A stretch of DNA of 64,000 nt from an uncultured Bariatricus sp. (GTDB lineage: Bacteria > Bacillota > Clostridia > Lachnospirales > Lachnospiraceae): contig CAKRFP010000012.1 in assembly GCA_934320645.1 (NCBI GenBank), positions 388 through 64,387 on the forward strand, read 5' to 3'. The position numbers were made by a program, and so were the translations under genes. Shown one piece after another: positions 55,605-64,000 of this stretch; positions within the stretch are counted from its first letter, which is position 1; every line of letters starts with the position of its first letter. A model generated the notes under the pieces. It was not told the DNA's origin and did no database searches. It saw only the letters and a program-made list of their open reading frames with translations.

Positions 55605-55754
55605 AGGATTTTGAACTTGCTCCCCGCCGGACATGAGGAAGGAGCGATTTACGAAGTAAATCAGCGGATTCCGAATGGACGGAGGATTGCGAGAGCAGCA
55701 ACGCTGCGGAGCAATCCGTAATATTATCAAAGTAGTGGGGGAAATTCAAAGATC

Positions 55755-55772
55755 ATTCATGCTTGCATGAAA
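55755..55772. promoter_or_regulatory. palindrome ATTCATGC-TT-GCATGAAA (candidate ArsR-family operator, copy II)
   Basis: Second copy 32 nt upstream of the arsR-family ATG, overlapping a weak TTCATG-17-TTACAT promoter. Confidence 0.45.
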
Positions 55773-55803
55773 AAAGATTTACATTACCCGAGGTGACAGA
55801 AAA

Positions 55804-56136
55804 ATGCAGATAGATTATGAAAAATATGCCCGTATATTCAAAGTGATGTCGGATCCGAAACGTCTGAAGATCATCGACATGTTATCTGGAGGAGAATTAT
55901 GCGCCTGCAAGATCCTGGAGGAATTTCACATCACACAGCCAACTTTATCACATGATATGAAGCTGATGTGTGATCTGGGAATTGTAAAGGCACGCAAAGA
56001 AGGAAAATGGATGCAGTATTCTCTGGATCTGGATGTGATGAATGAGGTTTACAAGACGGTTGGGCGGCTGATGATCCCGGGAGATTATGCAGGGCTTTTA
56101 AATTGCAATTGTAATACAGAAAAGGAAGAAAAATAA
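55804..56136 (+). CDS. ArsR/SmtB family metalloregulator
   Basis: DPKRLKIIDML..GELCACKILE (ELCxC metal/metalloid site), HTH ITQPTLSHDMKLM. Confidence 0.9.
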   Translation: MQIDYEKYARIFKVMSDPKRLKIIDMLSGGELCACKILEEFHITQPTLSHDMKLMCDLGIVKARKEGKWMQYSLDLDVMNEVYKTVGRLMIPGDYAGLLNCNCNTEKEEK

Positions 56137-56198
56137 GTTGCAGCTGCAGCAGAGCAAATCAGGGTGCAGTTGCAGTATAGAAAAAGGAGAAATGAATC

Positions 56199-57131
56199 AT
56201 GAGTAAGATTAAATTGTATTTTCTGACGGGATTTCTGGGATCCGGCAAGACGACGATCCTCCGGAATCTGCTGGAAAATATGGAAGGAACAAAGGTTGGA
56301 GTGATCCAGAATGAACTGGGAAAGATCAGTATTGATGGAACCGTGCTTCAGAATAATGATATCCAGATGGTAGAACTGAACCGGGGATCGATTTTCTGCA
56401 GCTGTCTGAGATTATCCTTTGTGGATGCGCTGGTTCAGATGTCCAGAAAAGGTCTGGAATACGTGTTTGTAGAGAGCTCAGGGTTTGGAGATCCGTCCAA
56501 TGCGGAAGAAATTCTTGCGGCGACGGAAGTGATGGCTCCGGATGTATATGATTTCAAAGGATGTATCTGTCTGGTGGACTGCTATAATTTTCTGGATCAG
56601 GTCGGAGATTCAGAGACGATCGACCGGCAGCTTAAGCACTGCAATCTTGCAGTTCTGACGAAAATTGATCTGGTAGATGAGAACCGGATTGAGAAGGTGA
56701 AAGAGAAAGTGCGTGAGATTAATCCGGTCTGTCCGATCACGGAGAGTGCCAATGGAAATATTGACCGTTCGTTTTATGATATGGATCTGATGCTGTACAA
56801 ATGGGCAGAATGTGAAGATACCACGAATTCATCGAAAAATAAACCAAAAACATTTTCCATGGATTTTACGGGAGAGATCCAGAAGGAAAAGCTGGAAACC
56901 TTTCTTGCAAGGATTGAACCGGATGTATTTCGTGTGAAGGGTTTCTTTAAAGTGGAAAAAGAAGGATGGGAAAAAGTTGATGTAGTCGGAAAGAAACGGG
57001 ATTATGCGCCTTACGAACCACAGCCGAAGTCTCAGCTTGTCTTTATTTCCAAAATCGGAATCGCACTGATCCGGGAAATCGCGGCGGCGTGGGAGGAATG
57101 TGTGGGACTTCCTATGAAACTCAACAATTAA
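56199..57131 (+). CDS. CobW/COG0523 family GTPase (metallochaperone-like)
   Basis: P-loop GFLGSGKTT, ESSG, TKIDL; the usual GCxCC motif is replaced by SIFCSC. Confidence 0.8.
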   Translation: MSKIKLYFLTGFLGSGKTTILRNLLENMEGTKVGVIQNELGKISIDGTVLQNNDIQMVELNRGSIFCSCLRLSFVDALVQMSRKGLEYVFVESSGFGDPSNAEEILAATEVMAPDVYDFKGCICLVDCYNFLDQVGDSETIDRQLKHCNLAVLTKIDLVDENRIEKVKEKVREINPVCPITESANGNIDRSFYDMDLMLYKWAECEDTTNSSKNKPKTFSMDFTGEIQKEKLETFLARIEPDVFRVKGFFKVEKEGWEKVDVVGKKRDYAPYEPQPKSQLVFISKIGIALIREIAAAWEECVGLPMKLNN

Positions 57132-57146
57132 ATCTGGAGGCAGGAT

Positions 57147-57380
57147 ATGAATATAAAAGTAATTGGAAGCGGCTGTGAGAACTGTGATAAGACGAATGCA
57201 GTTGTGAAAGAATGTCTGGAGGAACTTGGAATCGATACGGAGATTGAAAGAGTTACAGATCTGGTTGAGATTGTAAAACTGGGTGTGATGACGGCTCCAT
57301 CGGTTATGATTGATGGAAAACTGGTAGTTGCAGGGCAGGTTCCTTCAAAGAAACAGATGATGAAAATACTGAAAAAATAG
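57147..57380 (+). CDS. thioredoxin-fold protein (redox-active disulfide protein 2 type)
   Basis: 77 aa; MNIKVIGSGCENC CxxC motif, TAPSVMIDGK. Confidence 0.8.
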   Translation: MNIKVIGSGCENCDKTNAVVKECLEELGIDTEIERVTDLVEIVKLGVMTAPSVMIDGKLVVAGQVPSKKQMMKILKK

Positions 57381-57387
57381 AAAAATG

Positions 57388-57429
57388 GGATGGATGCGGA
57401 GACTGGAAAGCGCATCCATCCTGTTTTTT
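57388..57429. terminator. intrinsic terminator
   Basis: GGATGGATGCG / CGCATCCATCC followed by TGTTTTTT. Confidence 0.8.
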
Positions 57430-57464
57430 CGTATACGATGAGCAAAGTGCAGCCTGTTCGATTA

Positions 57465-58604
57465 TTACGACACAGCCGGAGCCAGGAACTCCTTGATGTA
57501 ATAAAGTGCCGCACCGATCGCCGGAGTATACTGTCCATGATTTCCCACCAGAAGCTGATCTTCGTCCATCTGGAAAAGGGAACTTTCATTGATTTTGCTT
57601 AAAAGATACTGCATATCTGCTTCTTGGAAATATGGTGCAAGATATCCGCTGATGATCACCGGACTGTCGATCACAAGATTCAGGTTACGGATTGCAAAGG
57701 CAAGGTGGTCCAGATAGTCTCTCCAGATCTGTGTGAGATTCAGAGCATGTGTCTGATGCAGGAGGTTAAAAAATTCTTTGACCGGCATACCGGAAGCTGC
57801 TTTCAGGGCATTTGCAGAACAGTAAGTTTCCAGGCACCCGTGATTGCCGCAATAACATTTCGGACCATTTGGATCAATGCAGATATGTTCAATCAGACCA
57901 CTACGCATATGATCGCCCTGGTGAACTTCATGTCCGGTGATGATCGCACCGCCAAGGTTAGGATTCAGAAGAAAAATCAGGGCACTGTCAAATTGTGGAT
58001 GATTCCAGAGTTCCAGATCAGCAGCGGCTTTTGAATCGTGTTCCAGATGACATGGATACGGAAGTCTGGAAGAAAAATCAGACAGCTGCATGTTTGCATT
58101 TCCCATGATATCACCGTAAGTAACAACATTTCCGTCCGGGGAGATGACTCCCTGGGTGGCAATCGAAATCCCTTCAATTTTCTCAGGATCGTAATGATTC
58201 TTCTGGATAAACAGTTCTACATTTGCAGCAAGGGCAGAGTAGTAAGCATCGCTGCTCTCGTATGGCAGCTCAATCGTTTCGGTTGCAATTGCATCTCCAT
58301 ATAGATTTACAGCTACAATATGAAACATATCTTTTAAAATTCCAAGACCGATTGAAATACGAAAATCTTCTACAATTTTTATAATCTGGGCTTTTCGCCC
58401 ACCGGTTGATTCAAAATATCCATCACGGCTGATCAGACCGTCATTTTCCAGTTCATTCAGATTCTGACTGACTGTAGAAAGTCCCATCTGCAGATCCTGA
58501 ACGATCTGAAGTTTGGACGTTTCTTTTTTTTGGTAAATATATTGGTACACTTTTTCCCGATTGATTTTTTTCAGGGTAATCGTGGTCATTCCTTTTTCTC
58601 TCAT
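57465..58604 (-). CDS. ROK family transcriptional regulator (NagC/XylR type)
   Basis: N-terminal wHTH (LQIVQDLQMGLSTVSQNLNELENDGLI), ROK zinc motif CYCGNHGCLE. Confidence 0.9.
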   Translation of the reverse strand: MREKGMTTITLKKINREKVYQYIYQKKETSKLQIVQDLQMGLSTVSQNLNELENDGLISRDGYFESTGGRKAQIIKIVEDFRISIGLGILKDMFHIVAVNLYGDAIATETIELPYESSDAYYSALAANVELFIQKNHYDPEKIEGISIATQGVISPDGNVVTYGDIMGNANMQLSDFSSRLPYPCHLEHDSKAAADLELWNHPQFDSALIFLLNPNLGGAIITGHEVHQGDHMRSGLIEHICIDPNGPKCYCGNHGCLETYCSANALKAASGMPVKEFFNLLHQTHALNLTQIWRDYLDHLAFAIRNLNLVIDSPVIISGYLAPYFQEADMQYLLSKINESSLFQMDEDQLLVGNHGQYTPAIGAALYYIKEFLAPAVS

Positions 58605-58850
58605 GATATTCTCCTTTACTTATGCGTGAATCATACACACAAGATATGAACTTATTCTAATATAGATGTGCGGATAAAACAAGAGCCTTCTGATTTGTTT
58701 TGTGAAATATAGATAAAAATAGATTTGTAAAATTGTATTTTTTGTCAATAGACAATTCGTTTTGCTGGTTATATACTACACTTACAACTTAGATATAAAC
58801 GTAAGTAAAAAACATAACTGAAAAGAAAAAGTAAAACGGGAGGTAACAAA

Positions 58851-60467
58851 ATGAAGTTAACAATCGAAGGAATCAAAGACCGTGCGGCATGGGAGAAGGC
58901 AGGAATTGCACTTCCGGGATATGATGTGGAGAAGGTATCTGAAAAAGCAAAAGAAGAACCGGGATGGGTTCATTTTGGAATCGGTAATATTTTCCGTATT
59001 TTTATCGGTGGAATTGCAGACGGACTTCTGGAAGAAGGTGTACTGGACAGAGGAATCACCTGTGTAGAGACATTTGACTATGACGTAGTAGATAAAATTT
59101 ATGATCCATATGACAATCTGGGACTGAGCGTAATTCTGCATGGGGACGGAACACGTGAATATAAAGTACTCGGATCCCTTGCAGAAGCAGTAAAAGCACA
59201 GTCTTCTGATCTGGCACAGTGGAATCGCCTGAAAGAGATCTTTACAAGCAAATCTCTTCAGATGGTATCCTTTACAATTACAGAAAAAGGATATGCTCTG
59301 CAGAAAGCAGACGGAACCTGGTTTCCATTCGTGGAAGCGGACATTAAGAACGGACCGGACAAAGCGACAGGAGCCATGGCAGTACTGGTAGCAATGCTTT
59401 ATGAAAGATTCAAAGCAGGAAGATATCCAATTGCACTGGTATCTATGGATAACTGTTCCAAGAATGGTGCAAAACTCCGTGAATCTGTTCTTACAATGGC
59501 AGAAGAGTGGAAGAAGCAGGGATTTGTAGATGATGATTTCATTACATATGTAAGTGATGAAAAAGTTGTTGCCTTCCCATGGACCATGATCGACAAGATC
59601 ACCCCACGTCCGAGCGAACAGATTGCAGATGATCTTGAAGCTCTCAGTGTGGAAAAAATGCAGCCGGTTATCACCGGAAAGAAGACTTACATTGCTCCAT
59701 TTGTAAATGCAGAAAAACCGCAATATCTGGTCATTGAAGACAGTTTTCCGAACGGACGCCCGGCACTGGAAAAAGGATTTGGAGTTTATATGGCGGACAG
59801 AAATACAGTAAATCTTTCGGAACGAATGAAAGTAACGGTATGCTTAAATCCGGTTCATTCAGCCACAGGTCCGCTTGGTGTCGTACTTGGATATGATCTG
59901 TTCGCACATATGCTTAATACCAATGAAGATATGATGAAGATGGCAAGAATGGTTGCTTATGACGAAGGACTTCCGGTAGTGGCAGATCCTGGAATCCTTT
60001 CTCCACAGGCATTTGTGGATGAACTTTTTAATGACCGTTTTCCGAATGAATATCTGGGAGATACAAATCTCCGTCTTGCAGTTGATGTGTCACAGATGGT
60101 TGGTATCCGTTTTGGCGAGACGGTAAAAGCCTATGTAGCAAAATACGGAGATGCATCAAAACTGACAGCAATTCCGCTTGGTATTGCAGGCTGGCTCAGA
60201 TATATGCTGGCAATTGATGATGAAGGAAACAAATTCGAACTGGCACCGGATCCGATGAATGAAGAAATCGGAGAACAGCTTGGTGATATCGTAGTTGGAA
60301 AGCCGGAGACATTGAAAGACCAGCTGAAACCGATCCTGTCCAATGAACGTCTGTTCTTTACCGATCTTTACAAAGATGGCGTCGGTGAAAAGATTGAAGA
60401 AATGTTCCGTGAAATGATCGCAGGACCAGGTGCTGTAAAAGCAACAATCCACAAATATGTTCACTAA
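58851..60467 (+). CDS. mannitol dehydrogenase family oxidoreductase (long-chain polyol/mannonate-type)
   Basis: 538 aa; N-terminal Rossmann VHFGIGNIFR; family-typical DKITPR motif. Confidence 0.8.
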   Translation: MKLTIEGIKDRAAWEKAGIALPGYDVEKVSEKAKEEPGWVHFGIGNIFRIFIGGIADGLLEEGVLDRGITCVETFDYDVVDKIYDPYDNLGLSVILHGDGTREYKVLGSLAEAVKAQSSDLAQWNRLKEIFTSKSLQMVSFTITEKGYALQKADGTWFPFVEADIKNGPDKATGAMAVLVAMLYERFKAGRYPIALVSMDNCSKNGAKLRESVLTMAEEWKKQGFVDDDFITYVSDEKVVAFPWTMIDKITPRPSEQIADDLEALSVEKMQPVITGKKTYIAPFVNAEKPQYLVIEDSFPNGRPALEKGFGVYMADRNTVNLSERMKVTVCLNPVHSATGPLGVVLGYDLFAHMLNTNEDMMKMARMVAYDEGLPVVADPGILSPQAFVDELFNDRFPNEYLGDTNLRLAVDVSQMVGIRFGETVKAYVAKYGDASKLTAIPLGIAGWLRYMLAIDDEGNKFELAPDPMNEEIGEQLGDIVVGKPETLKDQLKPILSNERLFFTDLYKDGVGEKIEEMFREMIAGPGAVKATIHKYVH

Positions 60468-60494
60468 TCAGGAAGAATACGGGAGGAAATGAAA

Positions 60495-61853
60495 ATGTCA
60501 GAAACAGTATTTGCAGCAGATCCGACAAGACTGCTGATCGCTGCGGCAGCGGGAATCGTCTTATTATTACTGCTGATCATAAAATTTAAATTTCATCCGG
60601 TACTGTCTCTGTTGATTTCTGCTCTGTTGATCGGACTCGGAGCCGGGATGCCGGTTCCGACTCTGGTAAATACGGTAGAAAAAGGTGTAGGAGAAACCTT
60701 ACAGGGAATTGTACTGCTGATCGGTCTGGGTTCCCTGTTCGGAGGTATACTGGAAGTGTCGGGTGGTGCACAGTGTGTTGCACAGACACTGGTCAACAGG
60801 TTTGGTGAAAAAAAAGCAGGGATTGCCCTTGGAATTACCGGACTTGTAGTTGGAACGACTGTTTTCTTTGAGGCAGGAGTTGTAATATTAATTCCGCTTG
60901 CTTTCGGACTGGCAAAGAAAACAAAAAAATCAACTTTGTATTATGTGATTCCGCTTCTTGCAGGTCTTGCAACCGGATTTGCCTTTATCCCGCCGTCAGC
61001 TGGTTCGGTTCTGGTTGCCAATATGCTTGGAGTAGATCTTGGAATTATGATCGCAGTTGGTGTGCCGACCGGAATTTTATCACTTATTTTTGCCGGAATT
61101 TTATGGTCAAAATTTATCGGGACCAAGATCCATACCGGACTTCCAACTACAGTTTCAGAAGTAAGGGAAGAGGAAGAAGCAAATCTTCCAAAATTTTCAA
61201 CTGTCATTGCGATCATCCTTGTTCCGCTGGTACTCATTCTGTGCAGCACACTTTCGGAATATATTCCGGCACTTGATGGAATACGACCGGTACTGGAATT
61301 TGTGGGAACACCATTTGTAGCGCTGATCATTGCAGTTCTGTGTGCAATGTATTTTCTTGGAAAGAAGCAGGGATATGACGGGGAACAGTTGAAAAAGATC
61401 ATGGACAGATCTCTCCGACCGACAGGACAGATCCTTCTGGTTATTACCGGAGGCGGAATCATCCGTTGGGTGCTTCAGGACTGCGGGATGGGAGACATCA
61501 TCGGACCGGCACTGGAAAAGAGCGGTCTTCCGTTAATCTTAGTTGCATTTCTGATCGCAGCTCTGGTAAGAGCATCGGTTGGAGCGGCAGTGGTTGCGAT
61601 GACGATGGCAGCCGGAATCATGGCATCCATGCCGGCGGTGGCAGGACTTTCGCCATTATACCTTGCAGCAATGGTCTGCGCAATCACCGGTGGCGCAACG
61701 GCATTCAGTCATGTGAATGATTCTGGTTTCTGGCTGGTAAGCTCCTTACTGGAAATTGATGAAAAGACAACCTTAAAATCATGGACGATGATGGAGACGA
61801 TTATCGGATTTACCGGTCTTATCTGTGCTCTGATTATCAGCATATTTGCTTAG
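60495..61853 (+). CDS. GntP family permease
   Basis: ~12 TM; GntP-like N-terminus and length; ATG 60495 preferred for spacing from GGGAGG. Confidence 0.85.
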   Translation: MSETVFAADPTRLLIAAAAGIVLLLLLIIKFKFHPVLSLLISALLIGLGAGMPVPTLVNTVEKGVGETLQGIVLLIGLGSLFGGILEVSGGAQCVAQTLVNRFGEKKAGIALGITGLVVGTTVFFEAGVVILIPLAFGLAKKTKKSTLYYVIPLLAGLATGFAFIPPSAGSVLVANMLGVDLGIMIAVGVPTGILSLIFAGILWSKFIGTKIHTGLPTTVSEVREEEEANLPKFSTVIAIILVPLVLILCSTLSEYIPALDGIRPVLEFVGTPFVALIIAVLCAMYFLGKKQGYDGEQLKKIMDRSLRPTGQILLVITGGGIIRWVLQDCGMGDIIGPALEKSGLPLILVAFLIAALVRASVGAAVVAMTMAAGIMASMPAVAGLSPLYLAAMVCAITGGATAFSHVNDSGFWLVSSLLEIDEKTTLKSWTMMETIIGFTGLICALIISIFA

Positions 61854-61862
61854 GAGGAAAAA

Positions 61863-63080
61863 ATGATTGCGAAAGTAATATTGGGAACCATGACAAATGC
61901 ACGGAAACTGGTCAGCATTGCAGAGAGGATTTCCTGTGACGTAGAACTTTGCAGTGGCAGATATGTGGTCAATGCGAAATCCATGCTCGGTGTTTTAAGT
62001 ATGCCTGAATTTGAATACGGAGAACTGCATATCCACACGGACGAAGAAAATGAATGCAACCAGATCCTGGAGAGACTGCTTGAAGAAGGACTTCTTGCAG
62101 ATACCAATGATGCGGCAAAACGGTCGCTTTACGATATCACAACATTTGGTGAGATCCTGATCGATTTCACCTGGCAGGGAGTAAATGAAGACGGGCAGAC
62201 ACTATTTGCCCAGAATCCGGGTGGCGCTCCTGCAAATGTTGCAGTTGCGGTGGCAAAACTTGGTGGACATACCGCTTTTATCGGGAAGGCCGGAAAGGAT
62301 ATGCATGGAGAGTTTTTGAAATCTGTGCTGGAAAAAGAAAATGTGGAAACGGAAGGAATGCTTCTGGATGAAAAATATTTTACAACCCTTGCGTTTGTAA
62401 ATATTGATGAGAATGGAGAGAGAACATTTTCTTTTGCAAGAAAACCAGGAGCAGATACCAGAATGGAAAAAGAAGAAATCGATGTTGATATTCTGGATAA
62501 GACCCATATTTTCCATGTCGGTTCTCTGTCACTTACGGAACAGCCGGCAAGAGATACCACACATTATGCGATCCGGCGCGCAAAAGAAAAAGGAAGTATT
62601 ATCTCGTATGATCCGAATTACAGAGCCTCTTTATGGAAGGATGAGGAGACTGCAAAGAAACAGATGAGAAGTCTGGTTCCTTACGTGGATATCATGAAAA
62701 TTTCAGATGAAGAAACAAAATTATTAACAGATAAAGAAAGCCCGGAAGAAGCGGCAGAAATTTTATTCCGGAAGGGTGTCAAGATCGTTGTAGTCACGCT
62801 GGGAAGCGATGGAGCATATCTGTATTGCAAAGAAGGCGGTGTACATATTCCGGGATTTGTGAGCAAAGCGGTGGACACCAATGGTGCAGGAGATTCCTTC
62901 TGGGGAGGATTTTTGTATTGTATCAGCAAAGCCGGAAAGAGACCGGAAGCATTTACCATGGATGAACTAAAAGAGTATGTACGGTTTGGGAATGCGGTGG
63001 CAAGCCTTTGTGTAGAGAAGAAAGGCGCGATCCCTGCAATGCCGGAACTTGCACAGGTTGAAGAAAGGATGGGACATTAA
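61863..63080 (+). CDS. fusion of a degenerate HPr-like domain (aa 1-~85) and a PfkB-family sugar kinase (fructokinase-like)
   Basis: N-terminus aligns to HPr (NAKSMLGVLSM vs NLKSIMGVMSL; EEGLL C-terminus) but has TNAR in place of IHAR; kinase part has GGAPANVA, DTNGAGDSF. Confidence 0.8.
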   Translation: MIAKVILGTMTNARKLVSIAERISCDVELCSGRYVVNAKSMLGVLSMPEFEYGELHIHTDEENECNQILERLLEEGLLADTNDAAKRSLYDITTFGEILIDFTWQGVNEDGQTLFAQNPGGAPANVAVAVAKLGGHTAFIGKAGKDMHGEFLKSVLEKENVETEGMLLDEKYFTTLAFVNIDENGERTFSFARKPGADTRMEKEEIDVDILDKTHIFHVGSLSLTEQPARDTTHYAIRRAKEKGSIISYDPNYRASLWKDEETAKKQMRSLVPYVDIMKISDEETKLLTDKESPEEAAEILFRKGVKIVVVTLGSDGAYLYCKEGGVHIPGFVSKAVDTNGAGDSFWGGFLYCISKAGKRPEAFTMDELKEYVRFGNAVASLCVEKKGAIPAMPELAQVEERMGH

Positions 63081-63081
63081 G

Positions 63082-63474
63082 ATGGATCTGAAAACATATA
63101 CAACAGGGATTCAGCATATCGGGATTCCGACAAATGATATTGAAAAAACAATTGCTTTTTATCAGAAACTGGGATTTGAGATCGCACTTCAGACGGTGAA
63201 TGAAGAAGCAGACGAAAAGGTTGCCTTTCTGAAACTGGAAACGCTTGTGATCGAGACTTATGAAAATAAGGCTGCAAAGATGGAGAGCGGAGCAATTGAT
63301 CATGTGGCGATCAATGTAAAGGACATTGAAGAAGTGCACCGGTATGTTGAAGAAAATCAGATGAATACAACAAATGATACCATTCATTTCCTGCCGTTCT
63401 GGGATAATGGGGTACGGTTCTTTACGATTGAAGGTCCGAATAAGGAGAAAGTAGAATTTAGTCAGTATATGTAA
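63082..63474 (+). CDS. VOC (glyoxalase/bleomycin resistance) family protein
   Basis: IQHIGIPTNDIEKTIAFYQKLGF beta-alpha-beta-beta-beta module; 130 aa. Confidence 0.75.
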   Translation: MDLKTYTTGIQHIGIPTNDIEKTIAFYQKLGFEIALQTVNEEADEKVAFLKLETLVIETYENKAAKMESGAIDHVAINVKDIEEVHRYVEENQMNTTNDTIHFLPFWDNGVRFFTIEGPNKEKVEFSQYM

Positions 63475-63656
63475 AAAAGAGTGTGCTTTGGCACGTAGTG
63501 GCTTTTATTGAACAGAAATTACAATTTTTATACAGAACAGAAATGGGGAAAAGCGAGCAATTATACGCTGTGTCTGAACAGCTCGCTTACAGATATCCGT
63601 CGCATCTGACTCGATGTGACGGATATTCATATTATGAAAATCCCGCAAGAAGTAAA

Positions 63657-64000
63657 TCAACATAAACTAATTATCCGTTTACGCCTTCTAAAGATAATTA
63701 ACGATACAGCAAGCCTGAATAATTCCTCCGTGGTAAGCAATGTATACACACCGACAATTCCCCACTTGAATACATATGCTGCAAGCAGACACAGTGGAAT
63801 TCCGATACACCATGTGCCAACAATATCAATAATCATAATGATTTTGGTGTTACCGCCACTTCTTATAATGCCTCCGCCAAGTATCATATTTTCCACCTTG
63901 ACCGGAGCATACAAGGCAAATACGATAAGCAGTGTCTTTCCAAGTTCTTTTACGCTGTCATCAACACGATAGAATCCGGTATATACTCCAGCCAAAAGAA
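63657..64000 (-). CDS. MATE family efflux transporter, C-terminal part (N-terminus beyond window)
   Basis: Hydrophobic C-terminal TMs; ILGGGIIRSGGNTK motif typical of MATE; ORF open at window end. Confidence 0.75.
   Translation of the reverse strand, partial: LLAGVYTGFYRVDDSVKELGKTLLIVFALYAPVKVENMILGGGIIRSGGNTKIIMIIDIVGTWCIGIPLCLLAAYVFKWGIVGVYTLLTTEELFRLAVSLIIFRRRKRIISLC

Noticed and set aside
55183-55749. 188-aa minus-strand ORF
   Set aside because: It is antisense to the C-terminal half of the DUF318 permease and continues through the GC-rich intergenic hairpins. It has no start context or motifs.
1-64000. Mobile genetic element, prophage, defence island or toxin-antitoxin protein pair
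   Set aside because: No integrase, transposase, recombinase, phage structural, restriction-modification, Cas, abortive-infection or classic TA protein motifs were recognised in any frame. The only decayed gene is the kinase fragment at 5126-5420.

Overview
64-kb chromosomal segment of a mid-GC Firmicute. It is most likely a gut Clostridia/Lachnospiraceae-type genome, inferred from the families present (DHHW+MBOAT, DUF4358, Csp-like S8 protease, YitT, TraX). I saw no rRNA, tRNA, IS/transposase, integrase, phage or CRISPR-Cas genes. The coding content is mostly ordinary operons. These include TPP riboswitch-thiD-cytX, a MacB-type ABC exporter whose permease carries a ~420-aa coiled-coil insertion, CIRCE-htpG, and a nucleoside catabolism operon (udp-deoB-cdd-add-punA). 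They also include an envelope O-acylation cluster (SGNH-DUF4358-MBOAT-DHHW), a pseudouridine synthase, ligA, clpX, a CPA2 antiporter, an S8 protease, lspA, marR-MATE, pruA, pepT and rplY. Further along are a small ORF-ktrB-ktrA-truncated kdpD-kdpE operon, Fur-box feoAB, lysR/metE-like, nitroreductase + radical SAM, an ArsR-linked permease/CobW/thioredoxin cluster, and a ROK-linked polyol or sugar-acid cluster. The unusual signals are non-coding. (1) Three paralogous minus-strand sRNA candidates with anti-Shine-Dalgarno loops lie at 4.7-6.0 kb. (2) A ~500-nt candidate transcript made of about seven 54-57-bp tandem units rich in SD-like motifs lies at 52.4-52.9 kb, with its own near-consensus promoter and terminator. 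(3) A conserved ~90-nt structured core sits inside two unrelated bidirectional terminators (17.4 kb and 32.0 kb), with compensatory stem changes. (4) A His15-less HPr-like domain is fused to a PfkB sugar kinase. (5) A KdpE-type TTTATA-N5-TTTATA box lies in front of the ktr operon. All functional calls rest on motif recognition by eye; no database search was run.
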